Origin: Candidatus Bathyarchaeota archaeon
Lineage (GTDB): Archaea > Thermoproteota > Bathyarchaeia > Bathyarchaeales > Bathycorpusculaceae
Direction of reading: 5' to 3'
NCBI GenBank assembly: GCA_963827165.1
Contig: CAWGZR010000004.1
Span: forward strand, 128,001 to 192,000
Length of the DNA stretch: 64,000 bases
Shown here: positions 49,817-59,391 of the stretch, in pieces
Layout of the letters: every line of letters starts with the position of its first letter
How positions within the stretch are numbered: position 1 is the first letter of the stretch
Program-made: the position numbers and the translations under genes
The notes under the pieces: model-generated
The model's input: the letters and a program-made list of their open reading frames with translations, nothing else
Told to the model about the DNA's origin: nothing
Database searches by the model: none

Positions 49817-50992
49817 CTATAGTGCTTTGAATGCTTCGAACCAGCGGTTGTATGCTGTCAGCATGTCAAGGGAGACGCTTGGTTTGCGTTCTTCGAGGAT
49901 TTGTCGGAAATCAACCATCGTTAAAGGTCTTGGCGTTGCTGCTTTGTCCATTGCTTTGCCTGACTCGAAGAATTCTCCTATGAGTTTCAGCTGTGCTGAC
50001 TGGCATACATCTCGTATGTCGCTTCCTGAGAAGCCTTCTGAAATCCGCGCTAACTCATCAAGGTCTACGTCTGAAGATATGACCAGAGTAGCCGAGTAAA
50101 CTTTGAACATGTTCAGTCTTGTTGCGTGGTCCGCTAATGGGACGAGAATTCTCTTTTGGAAACGTCTGATGAATGCCCAGTCCAAATCCCATGGTTTGTT
50201 TGTTGCGCCAATAACGTAAACGTGTAGATTTTTGCCTTTGTCAACTATGCCGTCCATTTCTTTAAGGAATTGGTTGCGTACGCGTATTTCTCCTCCGACT
50301 TCGTTTGTGTGTGCTCCCATTAGTGAATCTAATTCATCAACGAAGACTATGGCTGGTTTGCCGTCGGTTGCGGATTTGCGTGCTGTTCCGAAGAGTTTGG
50401 CAACGTTTTGCTCTGCTTCCCCTAGCCATTTGGACATGATAGATGCTGCATCTATCGAGTAGAAGTTTGCGTCGATTTCTGTTGCAACTGCGGCTGCCAA
50501 AAGAGTTTTGCCACAGCCAGGTGGACCGAAAAGCAGTATGCCGCGTGGCCAACCTAATGGAAACAGGTCGGGTCTTTGAACTGGGTAAACGATGGCTTCT
50601 TTGACGGCTTTTTTAGCAACATCTAATCCGACGACTTCGTCCCAGTTCACCTTGGGTTTCTCAGTTAGGACAAGTTCTTCGTTGGGTTTTGAGACTCCGC
50701 CGGGGGCATCCATCGTAGCTGCTCCACCTCCGTCGTTGTTTGCTGCCTCATTCATCTCAGTCGAAGAAACGGCACCTTGCAGCGCTTTGATTCTTTCTTG
50801 GTAAGCGATTGCTCGCTGGACATAGACTTTGTTTAAACCGTATTCTGGGTAAAGCTGGACAAGCTGCAGAAGAGCTTCTATTGCTTTTTGATAAAGTGTT
50901 ATGGCTCTTCCCTTTTGCCCCTGCTTATCTAATCGTACAGCATCTAAAGCGTAAGCTGTTGCCGCCTTCTCAAGTTCATTTGAAGCACTCAT
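49817..50992 (-). CDS. cdvC: Vps4-like AAA ATPase CdvC
   Basis: N-terminal MIT domain, GPPGCGKT, SKWLGEAE, FVDELD, ATNKPW, RRFQKR. Confidence 0.93.
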   Translation of the reverse strand: MSASNELEKAATAYALDAVRLDKQGQKGRAITLYQKAIEALLQLVQLYPEYGLNKVYVQRAIAYQERIKALQGAVSSTEMNEAANNDGGGAATMDAPGGVSKPNEELVLTEKPKVNWDEVVGLDVAKKAVKEAIVYPVQRPDLFPLGWPRGILLFGPPGCGKTLLAAAVATEIDANFYSIDAASIMSKWLGEAEQNVAKLFGTARKSATDGKPAIVFVDELDSLMGAHTNEVGGEIRVRNQFLKEMDGIVDKGKNLHVYVIGATNKPWDLDWAFIRRFQKRILVPLADHATRLNMFKVYSATLVISSDVDLDELARISEGFSGSDIRDVCQSAQLKLIGEFFESGKAMDKAATPRPLTMVDFRQILEERKPSVSLDMLTAYNRWFEAFKAL

Positions 50993-51017
50993 ATTCTCTC
51001 TCTCCTTCTCCTTTCTC

Positions 51018-51905
51018 TTACTCTGGCGATTTTAACTCAATTTTTATTTTACCCTTAGTTCCTAAACTTTCTAGGGCACGTTCGATTTCTTCATTTGAAG
51101 TTTGAAGTTCACTTGAACACCGTCCAAGATCGATTTCCCCATTAGTTTTTCGGACGTACTCCATGAGAACATCTTCCAACGAGGAGTTCTGAACCTTCAT
51201 CGTGAACTCCTTTATCTCCTGCTTCTTGTAGGAGAATAAGGAGTTGGCGGGGTCAAACCCAGTTTCCTCCACGGTTTTGTGTCCGATCATCTGCGAAGAA
51301 GTCGCTGTAAGGGCAACCATCTCTCGGATGGGTGTTTTTTCCACCACTTTAGGCGCTCCGATCGGAGGCTCAGGCAGAGTTTCAGATATTTTCTGCTGCA
51401 TAAACGATGTGACTTCTTTAAGGATTTCTTCTCCGCCCTCGGTTTTTCTCCCAACTGGAATCACATTTTCGTCAGTTGTTATTTTCGCCGCGTGCAACGT
51501 ATCTTGGATTGCGACGTTGACGCTGTCAAGTTCCGAACTTACGTCGGGGAGAACCTGGAACAGCTCTTGGGAAACGCCTTGCAGTAACTTCAGAGCAGGC
51601 TTAAGATCGGTGACGATGTCTCCTAGCTCCCTAATTGTTTCAAGGCGCATGATTACTCGTTCAATGGCTAATTGGACATTGTATAAGAATTTTACAAGTT
51701 TCCTAACTTCAGCAAGTTCAGTCGCACATATTGCGGCTTTTTCACGGTTATTCTTTTTCAGGGCACCCATGCAAGATTCAAAAAGTATTCGATCTCGCTC
51801 TTTGAGGCGAAAACTGGCTTGTTCAAGTTTGCCCTGCTGTATCTTAAGAGTAGTGATTGATTTAGTGGCGACTTCGCGGACAGGTGGAGGGGTCGGGTTG
51901 CTCAA
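51018..51905 (-). CDS. cdvB: ESCRT-III protein CdvB (with C-terminal winged helix)
   Basis: Snf7 core ELAEVRK...LAIERVIMRLET, LPEPP, C-terminal wH; located between cdvA and cdvC. Confidence 0.85.
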   Translation of the reverse strand: MSNPTPPPVREVATKSITTLKIQQGKLEQASFRLKERDRILFESCMGALKKNNREKAAICATELAEVRKLVKFLYNVQLAIERVIMRLETIRELGDIVTDLKPALKLLQGVSQELFQVLPDVSSELDSVNVAIQDTLHAAKITTDENVIPVGRKTEGGEEILKEVTSFMQQKISETLPEPPIGAPKVVEKTPIREMVALTATSSQMIGHKTVEETGFDPANSLFSYKKQEIKEFTMKVQNSSLEDVLMEYVRKTNGEIDLGRCSSELQTSNEEIERALESLGTKGKIKIELKSPE

Positions 51906-51955
51906 AACTTTGATACCTTATCCCTCCGCGCGACGTCTCCACTTTGGTTCGGCGT

Positions 51956-52672
51956 TTAGATGCCTGCTTTTCCCACTTCTTTAACGTAAACAACTACTGG
52001 GGGTTCAGGAAGTTTTTGAGCCGCTGTATTCACTTGTTCAGCGTAGACTTTTGATCTCTGAAGGGCATCTTGATTGTCGCCGAGGAGCACGCTTGAAATC
52101 TTGCTTTTTGTCAGTTCATAATCGGTTTTCTCTGAAGTTGCCCGTCGCAGTGCATCTTGAAGCACGACAAAAGCGTTCTTATAGTTCTCTTCGTCAACTT
52201 TGCCGATTTCATGCTCAATTTCCAAGTTGGCGACAGCGTAGCTCAACGATGTTATTTCGTCTTTGCACCGTGCTATTTCTACAGTGGCATCGTCAACGAT
52301 TTCCTGTGCGTCTCTCTTAAGCGAGGAAAGGACGTTGGTGAAGCTGCTGTGCAGGTCCTGGAAGACTTCCGGCGAGATCTTTTTCTTCTCCAGAAGGTCT
52401 TTTAAGGCTTGGTCCTTGCGCCAAATTAGGGGTATTTGGTCGCATAAAGCACCTGATTGAGACTTGATCCTTGTGATGAATGTGATTTCAGCGCCATTAA
52501 AGCGTAAGCTTTCCATGGGCTGCCTGGTAAATTGACCATCACCAAATTCAACGTAAACGGCGTCGAATTTGCCGCTGGGGGTTAATGCGAAAGAAGCGAT
52601 CTTGCCAATTACTCGCCCATATTCGTTCTTCACGGGTTTACCAATATAAAGAAAAAGATTGGAGTTAGACAT
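51956..52672 (-). CDS. cdvA: Cell division protein CdvA
   Basis: PRC barrel IGKPVKNEYGRVIGK, coiled coil, C-terminal EPPVVVYV peptide. Confidence 0.88.
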   Translation of the reverse strand: MSNSNLFLYIGKPVKNEYGRVIGKIASFALTPSGKFDAVYVEFGDGQFTRQPMESLRFNGAEITFITRIKSQSGALCDQIPLIWRKDQALKDLLEKKKISPEVFQDLHSSFTNVLSSLKRDAQEIVDDATVEIARCKDEITSLSYAVANLEIEHEIGKVDEENYKNAFVVLQDALRRATSEKTDYELTKSKISSVLLGDNQDALQRSKVYAEQVNTAAQKLPEPPVVVYVKEVGKAGI

Positions 52673-52691
52673 TGTGTTTTATCCTCCTATT

Positions 52692-53350
52692 TTAGAAACT
52701 CTGTGTTGATTTCTCTGATTGTGGGGCAGCTGGCATTCCTGGTGGCAGATCTGGGAATTTGTCTTTGATCTTTTGCTCCGCAACTGTTGCTGCTTCTGTG
52801 AGTATCTTTGATGCATCCTCGTTCACTGTGTCAAAGTTCAGTGTCATTCCGCTTCCTTGGCCTGCTTCGATCATTATTCCGCTTAACATGTTGCCGATTT
52901 CGCCAAGTTCATTTTCTGCTTCTGGAAACACACTAACTAGGCCGATCTGACGGAACGTAGAACTCCTACGGCTGGACCTAAGGTTGAAACTACGTCGCCG
53001 AGTTCTGATACTGTTCGTAATCTTAAAGTGATCTGTTCGAGTGCAAGTTTAGCATTCATGATCAGCTTTGACATTTTTCGTACTTCTGCTAATTCGTTAG
53101 CAAAGACGTTTGCGCGTGCACTGTCATGTTTCGCATATGCATCAACGATTCTTGCGAAGATTGCTTTGTCTCTTTGGCCGAATCTGTCAGTGGCTTGGTC
53201 AAGCTTCTGTACTTGAAGATCGATGCGTCTGACTGCGAAGTCGAGTCGTGGCTTCAATGGCCCCGGTGGCTTCACTGCGTCTTTAATGCGGTTTTGGAAG
53301 GGAGTCTCATCCCGCTTGCTTTCCCACTTTTTTGCGAAGTTTTCTGACAA
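52692..53350 (-). CDS. ESCRT-III paralogue (CdvB1/2-like), split by a 1-nt frameshift near 52945
   Basis: TTG start after GAGGT. ...ANELAEVRK...LRSVRS continues as GLVSVFPEAENELG...EAATVAEQKIKDKFPDLP in the shifted frame. Confidence 0.82.
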
Positions 53351-53577
53351 TTTGATTACCTCTAAATCAGTGAAATGCCGCGGCAGACGCATTAACGTAT
53401 CTAATATGACCAGAATATGCACGTATATATGTACAGATATACGCGGAGAAAAAAAGTCCATGAAGCTTGCGGTATAAGAGTTAAAGATGGTATCAGCGCT
53501 AATCCGTTTAGACAGAAATATGTTATATAGACTAAAATGCCTGGCGAAGTAATGCTAAAACAAAAAAGGTGAATTGA

Positions 53578-53805
53578 ATGAATAGTAGATTGAAAATATT
53601 CGGATTAATAGCTCTTTTGGGTTTCGTAGCAGGCATCATAGCCCAAGTCACAGCGACCTTTTTCATTCCATGGATGATCAGCGTTTTGCCATCACTTGCA
53701 GGCGCAACAACCTATTTGATATCGGGTTTTGCGGGCGCATGCTTAACAGTTGTGCTAGTCGGCGCATGGGCATACATGACTGGCAAGAAAGACCCATACC
53801 AATAA
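53578..53805 (+). CDS. Small two-TM membrane protein
   Basis: GGTGA RBS and hydrophobic helices. Confidence 0.65.
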   Translation: MNSRLKIFGLIALLGFVAGIIAQVTATFFIPWMISVLPSLAGATTYLISGFAGACLTVVLVGAWAYMTGKKDPYQ

Positions 53806-53920
53806 GAGCTTAACCTCCTCTTTCTTTTGTTACCAACTTTTTAAAACAAGAATAATTGAATTCTTCCGTCCCACTTTTCTCTTGATCTAATAATCAACAA
53901 ACGGGTCATAAACCAGAAAA

Positions 53921-54640
53921 TCATAACTTTTGAAGAACCTTCGGAAGCTCCTTTAAGCTTTTTATTACCACGTCCGGTTTGAGATTCTTTATTTGTTTTT
54001 CCGCTCGTCTCTTAATGTAAACTGTTTTCATGCCTACCGCTTTTGGTCCTTCAACGTCTGCATCCAATGTATCTCCGACGAAAACCGTTTCAAAGGCGGA
54101 AACATTCAGGGCTTCCAGAGTTTGGTTGAAGATTTCTGGGCTGGGTTTGCGCTTATTCACTGCACCTGAAACAATGACCACATCGAACAATGCGTTCAAA
54201 TCGTGGTTCCTAAGGAGTTCATAGACGCATTCGGGAATGACATAGTTTGAAACGATACCCAGCTTGTATTTGCAATGCAGGCTACGCAGCAGGGGTTCCG
54301 CATCTTCATCCAAGAAAACATACTTCATGAATTCGTCACAAAACACAGAGCTAGCAGAAACCACAAGCGGGCTGGAAGCGTCGTAGTTGCAATCCAACAT
54401 TTTTAGTGTCAATGCAAGTCGCACGTTGAAATGCGGTTCCTCAAGTTTTGGGTCTGCCACCGCGTAAAGCTCTTCGCGGGCTTTATCGTATGCTTCTTTA
54501 AATTTTTCCAATGGAACATCTACGCCGTTTTCAAAAAGGAACTTGTACATCCGCATAAGAGACGGACTATAAAAATCGTGGTTCTTGCGAATAATCATCA
54601 ATGTATCGAACATGTCAAATAAAACGGCTTTAGTCGTCAT
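53921..54640 (-). CDS. HAD-superfamily hydrolase
   Basis: FDMFDTL, VSN, KPSPEIF, VGDTLDADV. Confidence 0.9.
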   Translation of the reverse strand: MTTKAVLFDMFDTLMIIRKNHDFYSPSLMRMYKFLFENGVDVPLEKFKEAYDKAREELYAVADPKLEEPHFNVRLALTLKMLDCNYDASSPLVVSASSVFCDEFMKYVFLDEDAEPLLRSLHCKYKLGIVSNYVIPECVYELLRNHDLNALFDVVIVSGAVNKRKPSPEIFNQTLEALNVSAFETVFVGDTLDADVEGPKAVGMKTVYIKRRAEKQIKNLKPDVVIKSLKELPKVLQKL

Positions 54641-54917
54641 TAGTTTTTTCCTAAAACATAGGGTTTAGGAGGCTTAAAATCCTTATCGCAGCCGAACTTC
54701 GCTTACCAACTTACCTTCAACTTCGAGCCGAAGTATTGGACTTAGTTTAGAAAATCCGACATGAAATTGTAATTCAATATTCTAATGACTGAAGGATGTT
54801 AACTAACTGAAACACCGAATAATATCAAGAAGTCATCAGTACCGAAATTGAAAAAAGAAAATGTTAGAAACGTCAAGAAGCTCTTAAATTCAGCTTGTTT
54901 TCAAAGAAGCCGGTTTT

Positions 54918-57803
54918 CTATTTGTCCCAAAACTCTCTTGTACGCAGGTACTGGACCTTCGCCTTCAGGAGGTCCATATAGAACCCGTCTTCCTGGGCAT
55001 GCATCTTGCCTAGAATCCGAGAAGCTGTCTCGGGACCAACGCCCTTCACCTGCAGCGCCCGAACCGCATCCTTGCCGTAACTCAAAATCAAATCTGCCTT
55101 CCGACGCGCCTGACTAAGTTCCTTGAGCTCTTCAGGGGTCAGTTCTTTGCCGTCCCTTCTTCGCGCCAAAGCATCCCACAAATGGTTAGCGTCCTGAGAA
55201 CGGTAGAGCGGGGCCAAAAGTCCTGAACCGCATTTGGGGCACTCTGGCTGCGGAGGTAGATCTTTGATTTTTTCTTGCCCAGTCCACTGTGCGCATTTCA
55301 TGCACATCAACGTTATTGTGCGAGCGTCAATCGCCATTTTCAGCTTGTCAATGTTGTTGACGATAACTCGTTCGGGAGCCATCAGTTCGGTGACATCGGC
55401 GTATTTCGCCAAGATGTAGTAAGCTAGAGGGTTTGGCTTTTCGTAGCTTATGTAGGTTGTGAGCTTGATTTTTCCCTCTGCAATATCCCGCATAATTTGT
55501 TTGGCTTGAGGCAAATCGACTTTTTCCATCATAGCTTCACGGATAGTTTCCCGGTAAACAGGCGTGTTTTCAAATTGAGCTCGAAGTTCGCTTTGTCTTT
55601 GGTAACTCATTGTTTTTCCTCGGGGCAAAACGCCGAACCGCTCCGCCACAGCCTTCATCTTGTAGCCGAACGGGAACTTGGCTTCCAAATACTTCTCAAA
55701 GGCATGGTCAACTGCTTCGTCGCTGAGCGTGAAGAGGGTTTGTCCAAGCTCGGCGACTTCTTGCTTGTTGAGTTTGCGCGGCAACTCGATTAGGATTCTG
55801 TAGCCGTCTGTCCACCAACCCGTTATAATTTCGCGTTCGGACAAAACGCTGTCAAATACGCCGCCCAAAGTCTTGTTAACGAGCTCGCCGAAGCAGGCGT
55901 GAATTATCAGGTATTTGCCATAAACTTCCAAAACCACGTGTTTCTCAGTTGGCAACGGCGCATTCTGCTTGATTTGCTCCCCAACTTCCGAAATAGCGTT
56001 TAGCATGCTGTCTTTATCTGAGCCCCATTCTTTCGCCAAAATCTCGGCGGTAACGTTGACGTCTGAAGTTTCTTTGAGCACTTGGGCGATTCTTTCCCTG
56101 TGCTTTCCTGTTTGCTGCGCAAGCTCGAAAGGTACAGGCAAGATTTCTCCGTCCCATCCTGGAACAGACGCGAAGGGGTCTTCCGACGGCAAAACATGAA
56201 CGGTCCCACTTTCCTCTTCGATTTGCACTATTCTCCAGACTTTGCCTTTCATTATGAAGTTTAACCCGACTCTTGCGTGCAGAGCCATGAATTCGTCCCC
56301 TAATGTGCCGATTTTACGGTCGGTTAGAATGTTTATAACTGGGTACCTTCGTTCATCTGGAATCATTGAGAGGTTACTGAAGTAATATTCCCGGGTTCTC
56401 CGTGTTTTAGTCAAAACTCGCTCGACTTCGTCGAATCTTAAGTGGTTCAGGCTGTCTAAAAAGCGTATCAGATCCAACAACTCTTTTTTCCCGAGGCTTC
56501 GGTACAAATAAGACCTGTGCAGCAAACGAAAAAGCTCCTCAAAACTTACCTCTCCAAGATCCATCAGCACCCCAGCGATTTGATGCGACAAAACGTCTAG
56601 CGCGTTTTCATGCATCAAAACGGGTTCAATCATGTTACCTTTCGCGTTTTTTATCGACGCTAAAGCTTCCAATGCGTCGTCTGGGTAAACCGTGATTATT
56701 GTGCCTTGCGAGGCCCTGTCTAAGCTGTGCCCGCTTCTGCCGACCCGTTGAATGAGGCTATTTACTTGCCTAGGCGACATGTACTGGACTACCAAATCGA
56801 CGTTGCCGATGTCAATGCCTAACTCCAAGGTGCTTGTGCAAATGATTGCTTTCAACTGCCCGTTCTTGAATGCGTCCTCAATATTGATTCTTTCCTCTTT
56901 GCTTATTGACCCATGATGAACCGCTATATCATCGCGGTTTAGCTGTTGAAGTTTATGTCCCAAAACCTCCGCGACCGTGCGGCTATTAACAAAAACAAGA
57001 GTTGACTTATGTGAATCCACAAGCTCCAAAATCCGACGTATTCTTGCAGCTGCTTCAGGCGACGTCTCCAGTTTTGCAGCAAGCTCGTAGTCTGCTTCTA
57101 TCGGTGAAGGATTTTCAACGTTGTAGAGGTAGGTTTTCTCAGGTGAGGCTTGAATGATGCTGATTTTTCGGCGGGCGCCAGCGATGAACTTGGCGATTTC
57201 CTGAGGGTTCCCGACGGTTGCTGACAGACCGATTCTCTGGAAGTCTCGGCCCATTACAAATTGCAGCCGCTCAAGCGCCAAAGAAAGTTGAGTTCCCCGT
57301 TTGCTTGAAGCCAAATCATGAACCTCATCCACGACAACGAACTCTACGCTTCGCAAGTGCTGACGCATCCGGCTTCCCGGAAGGACCGCCTGTAAAGTTT
57401 CTGGAGTAGTTACAAGCAGGGTTGGTGGTTTTTTAGCTTGCATTCGACGAGTTTTCTGTTCCGTATCGCCATGGCGAACTTCCACCGTGAAACCTAGCTT
57501 TTGCCCCCAAAGAGTTAGACGTTTTAGCATGTCGCGGTTCAAAGCCCGAAGAGGCGTAATGTACAGCACTCTTATGCCCCTTTGATTTTCGCTTTGCTGC
57601 TCAACGAGCTTAGAGAAGATGGGGAGAAGAACCGCTTCCGTTTTTCCACTCCCAGTCGGAGAAACCAAAAGAACGTTTTTTCCTTCAAGCACCGCTGGAA
57701 ATGCCATTATCTGCGGCGAAGTGGGCTCATAGAATCCAAGCTCAGCTAACGCTTTCTGAACAGGTTTTGCAAGCAAATCGAAAACGAAACTTCGGGTCTG
57801 CAT
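54918..57803 (-). CDS. Lhr-like DEAD/DEAH helicase
   Basis: PTGSGKT, TTPETL, DEVH, LSAT, TSTLELGIDIG, QRVGRSGH, C-terminal zinc finger and HhH. Confidence 0.92.
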   Translation of the reverse strand: MQTRSFVFDLLAKPVQKALAELGFYEPTSPQIMAFPAVLEGKNVLLVSPTGSGKTEAVLLPIFSKLVEQQSENQRGIRVLYITPLRALNRDMLKRLTLWGQKLGFTVEVRHGDTEQKTRRMQAKKPPTLLVTTPETLQAVLPGSRMRQHLRSVEFVVVDEVHDLASSKRGTQLSLALERLQFVMGRDFQRIGLSATVGNPQEIAKFIAGARRKISIIQASPEKTYLYNVENPSPIEADYELAAKLETSPEAAARIRRILELVDSHKSTLVFVNSRTVAEVLGHKLQQLNRDDIAVHHGSISKEERINIEDAFKNGQLKAIICTSTLELGIDIGNVDLVVQYMSPRQVNSLIQRVGRSGHSLDRASQGTIITVYPDDALEALASIKNAKGNMIEPVLMHENALDVLSHQIAGVLMDLGEVSFEELFRLLHRSYLYRSLGKKELLDLIRFLDSLNHLRFDEVERVLTKTRRTREYYFSNLSMIPDERRYPVINILTDRKIGTLGDEFMALHARVGLNFIMKGKVWRIVQIEEESGTVHVLPSEDPFASVPGWDGEILPVPFELAQQTGKHRERIAQVLKETSDVNVTAEILAKEWGSDKDSMLNAISEVGEQIKQNAPLPTEKHVVLEVYGKYLIIHACFGELVNKTLGGVFDSVLSEREIITGWWTDGYRILIELPRKLNKQEVAELGQTLFTLSDEAVDHAFEKYLEAKFPFGYKMKAVAERFGVLPRGKTMSYQRQSELRAQFENTPVYRETIREAMMEKVDLPQAKQIMRDIAEGKIKLTTYISYEKPNPLAYYILAKYADVTELMAPERVIVNNIDKLKMAIDARTITLMCMKCAQWTGQEKIKDLPPQPECPKCGSGLLAPLYRSQDANHLWDALARRRDGKELTPEELKELSQARRKADLILSYGKDAVRALQVKGVGPETASRILGKMHAQEDGFYMDLLKAKVQYLRTREFWDK

Positions 57804-58060
57804 TTTTCCTATGGCTTACTGTTTGAGGCGTTTTTTAACTCTTTACTTTCAAAAGGTCGGCTTTTGCCTGAAAAAAGCAACCGTTTATCGTCTGTCGGCT
57901 TGGTTGGTATTTAGAGGACTATGCTAGGAACCTGATTTAACAAATAACCGAATTCGGCTTTGCAAGAAAGTTAATATCCATTGGACAACAAAGCAGAAGC
58001 ATAGAAGAGTTAAACTAATAGTTAACAAAAACCTTACAAGTTAGCGGTTGGTGGGGGAAA

Positions 58061-58369
58061 GTGAACCTAAAACTATATGCGGTAAAGAAAGGCAACCAGA
58101 GACTCGACAGGAACGTCCAACTGGTCGTCGTTGACCTAGACAAAGGTAGACGTTACCCTCTCAACTTCGTGTGCATCCTACCAAGGTATCTTCGGCTGCT
58201 TGAAAAAAGATCAAGCAACTTCGCCAACATTTTCGGTGAAAAAAGCCTGTGCGTAGCAAAGGACCTCCTGGTTGAAGCGAAACATGTTGAAGAAGACCCA
58301 GATATCCAGAAAGCCATCGGCAAACGGATAAAAGACATAGATCACAAAAAGATCCAAGCTGGCTGCTAA
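58061..58369 (+). CDS. Hypothetical protein
   Basis: 102-aa ORF with RBS-like GGTGGGG. Confidence 0.6.
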   Translation: MNLKLYAVKKGNQRLDRNVQLVVVDLDKGRRYPLNFVCILPRYLRLLEKRSSNFANIFGEKSLCVAKDLLVEAKHVEEDPDIQKAIGKRIKDIDHKKIQAGC

Positions 58370-58480
58370 GAAAAGCAAATCGACTTTAAGCGATTTTCAT
58401 TCATACGGTTCTAGTTGAAAACTTCTAAATTTAAATTCTGGGCAAGCGAATGCTATGCTAATGGCTTAGAGAGGGAGCGC

Positions 58481-59350
58481 ATGGCTTTAGACTGGGGAAT
58501 TGCCCTTGCAGTTGTCGCAATGGTTAGCTGGGGAGTAGCAGATTTCTTAGCGAAGAAAGCAATAGACCAAGTCGGCTACAGAACAAGTATAGTAATAAAC
58601 CAAGCCATCGCGTTCATACCTATCCTGTTCTTTGCAGCCCTATTCTTCAAGATGCCCAGTTTTTCAGCTCTTCTCGTTGGGGAAGTCGTTTTGGCAGGTG
58701 TAACAGGGGTCATCGGCTACATTTTCCTGTACAGGGGCTTCGGGAGAGGGAACGTTTCGGTTGTTGCTCCGATTACCGCCAGCTGGTCAGTCATAACAGT
58801 CCTGCTCGCAGCCGTTCTTTTCGCGGAAAAATTGACCCCACTTCAAATCACAGGTGTTGTCGCGGTTTTCATCGGCGTCTTTTTAGCCTCCACAAACTTT
58901 ACCGAACTCAAGAAAAGCATCAAAGTAGGCGGATGGGCAGCTGGCGCCACAGACGCCACAATCGCTATGGTGGCATGGGGAATCAGCTACGCACTGCTAA
59001 AACCTATCACGTCGGCAGTCGGACCTGTGATCGCGCTTTTTCTTCTTAAAATCATCGCCGTTGGAGCACTTTTCTCATTGACAAGCATCACAAAAACCAA
59101 GGTTTCATTTCCAGCCAAAATGATTTTTCTTTTCCTGGCTATAGCAGGGTTACTGGATTTCGTGGCTTACTTGGCCTTTAACTTCAGCTTGGGTACCCAG
59201 TATGTTTCGGTTGTTTCGGCTATTGTGGCAACCGCTCCTGCCATAACTATCGCGCTTGCCTATGTTTTCTTGAAAGAAAGAATCGTGCGCAACCAAAAAC
59301 TTGGCATTATCGCAATAATAGTCGGGCTCATTCTCATCGCCCTAACCTAA
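58481..59350 (+). CDS. EamA/DMT family transporter
   Basis: About ten TM segments with duplicated EamA motifs (WG, VSVVAPI, LFAEKL / FLKER). Confidence 0.88.
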   Translation: MALDWGIALAVVAMVSWGVADFLAKKAIDQVGYRTSIVINQAIAFIPILFFAALFFKMPSFSALLVGEVVLAGVTGVIGYIFLYRGFGRGNVSVVAPITASWSVITVLLAAVLFAEKLTPLQITGVVAVFIGVFLASTNFTELKKSIKVGGWAAGATDATIAMVAWGISYALLKPITSAVGPVIALFLLKIIAVGALFSLTSITKTKVSFPAKMIFLFLAIAGLLDFVAYLAFNFSLGTQYVSVVSAIVATAPAITIALAYVFLKERIVRNQKLGIIAIIVGLILIALT

Positions 59351-59391
59351 ACCATTACCCTTATGGATAGGGAGATTTTCAGCGCAACAGT

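Noticed and set aside
51244-51984. Long antisense ORFs (also 6794-7438 and 41599-42219)
   Set aside because: They are shadow frames opposite well-supported genes and have no motifs.
52937-52939. TAG in the ESCRT-III gene as pyrrolysine or read-through
   Set aside because: The downstream homologous sequence is out of frame, a 1-nt deletion explains it, and no pyl genes are seen.
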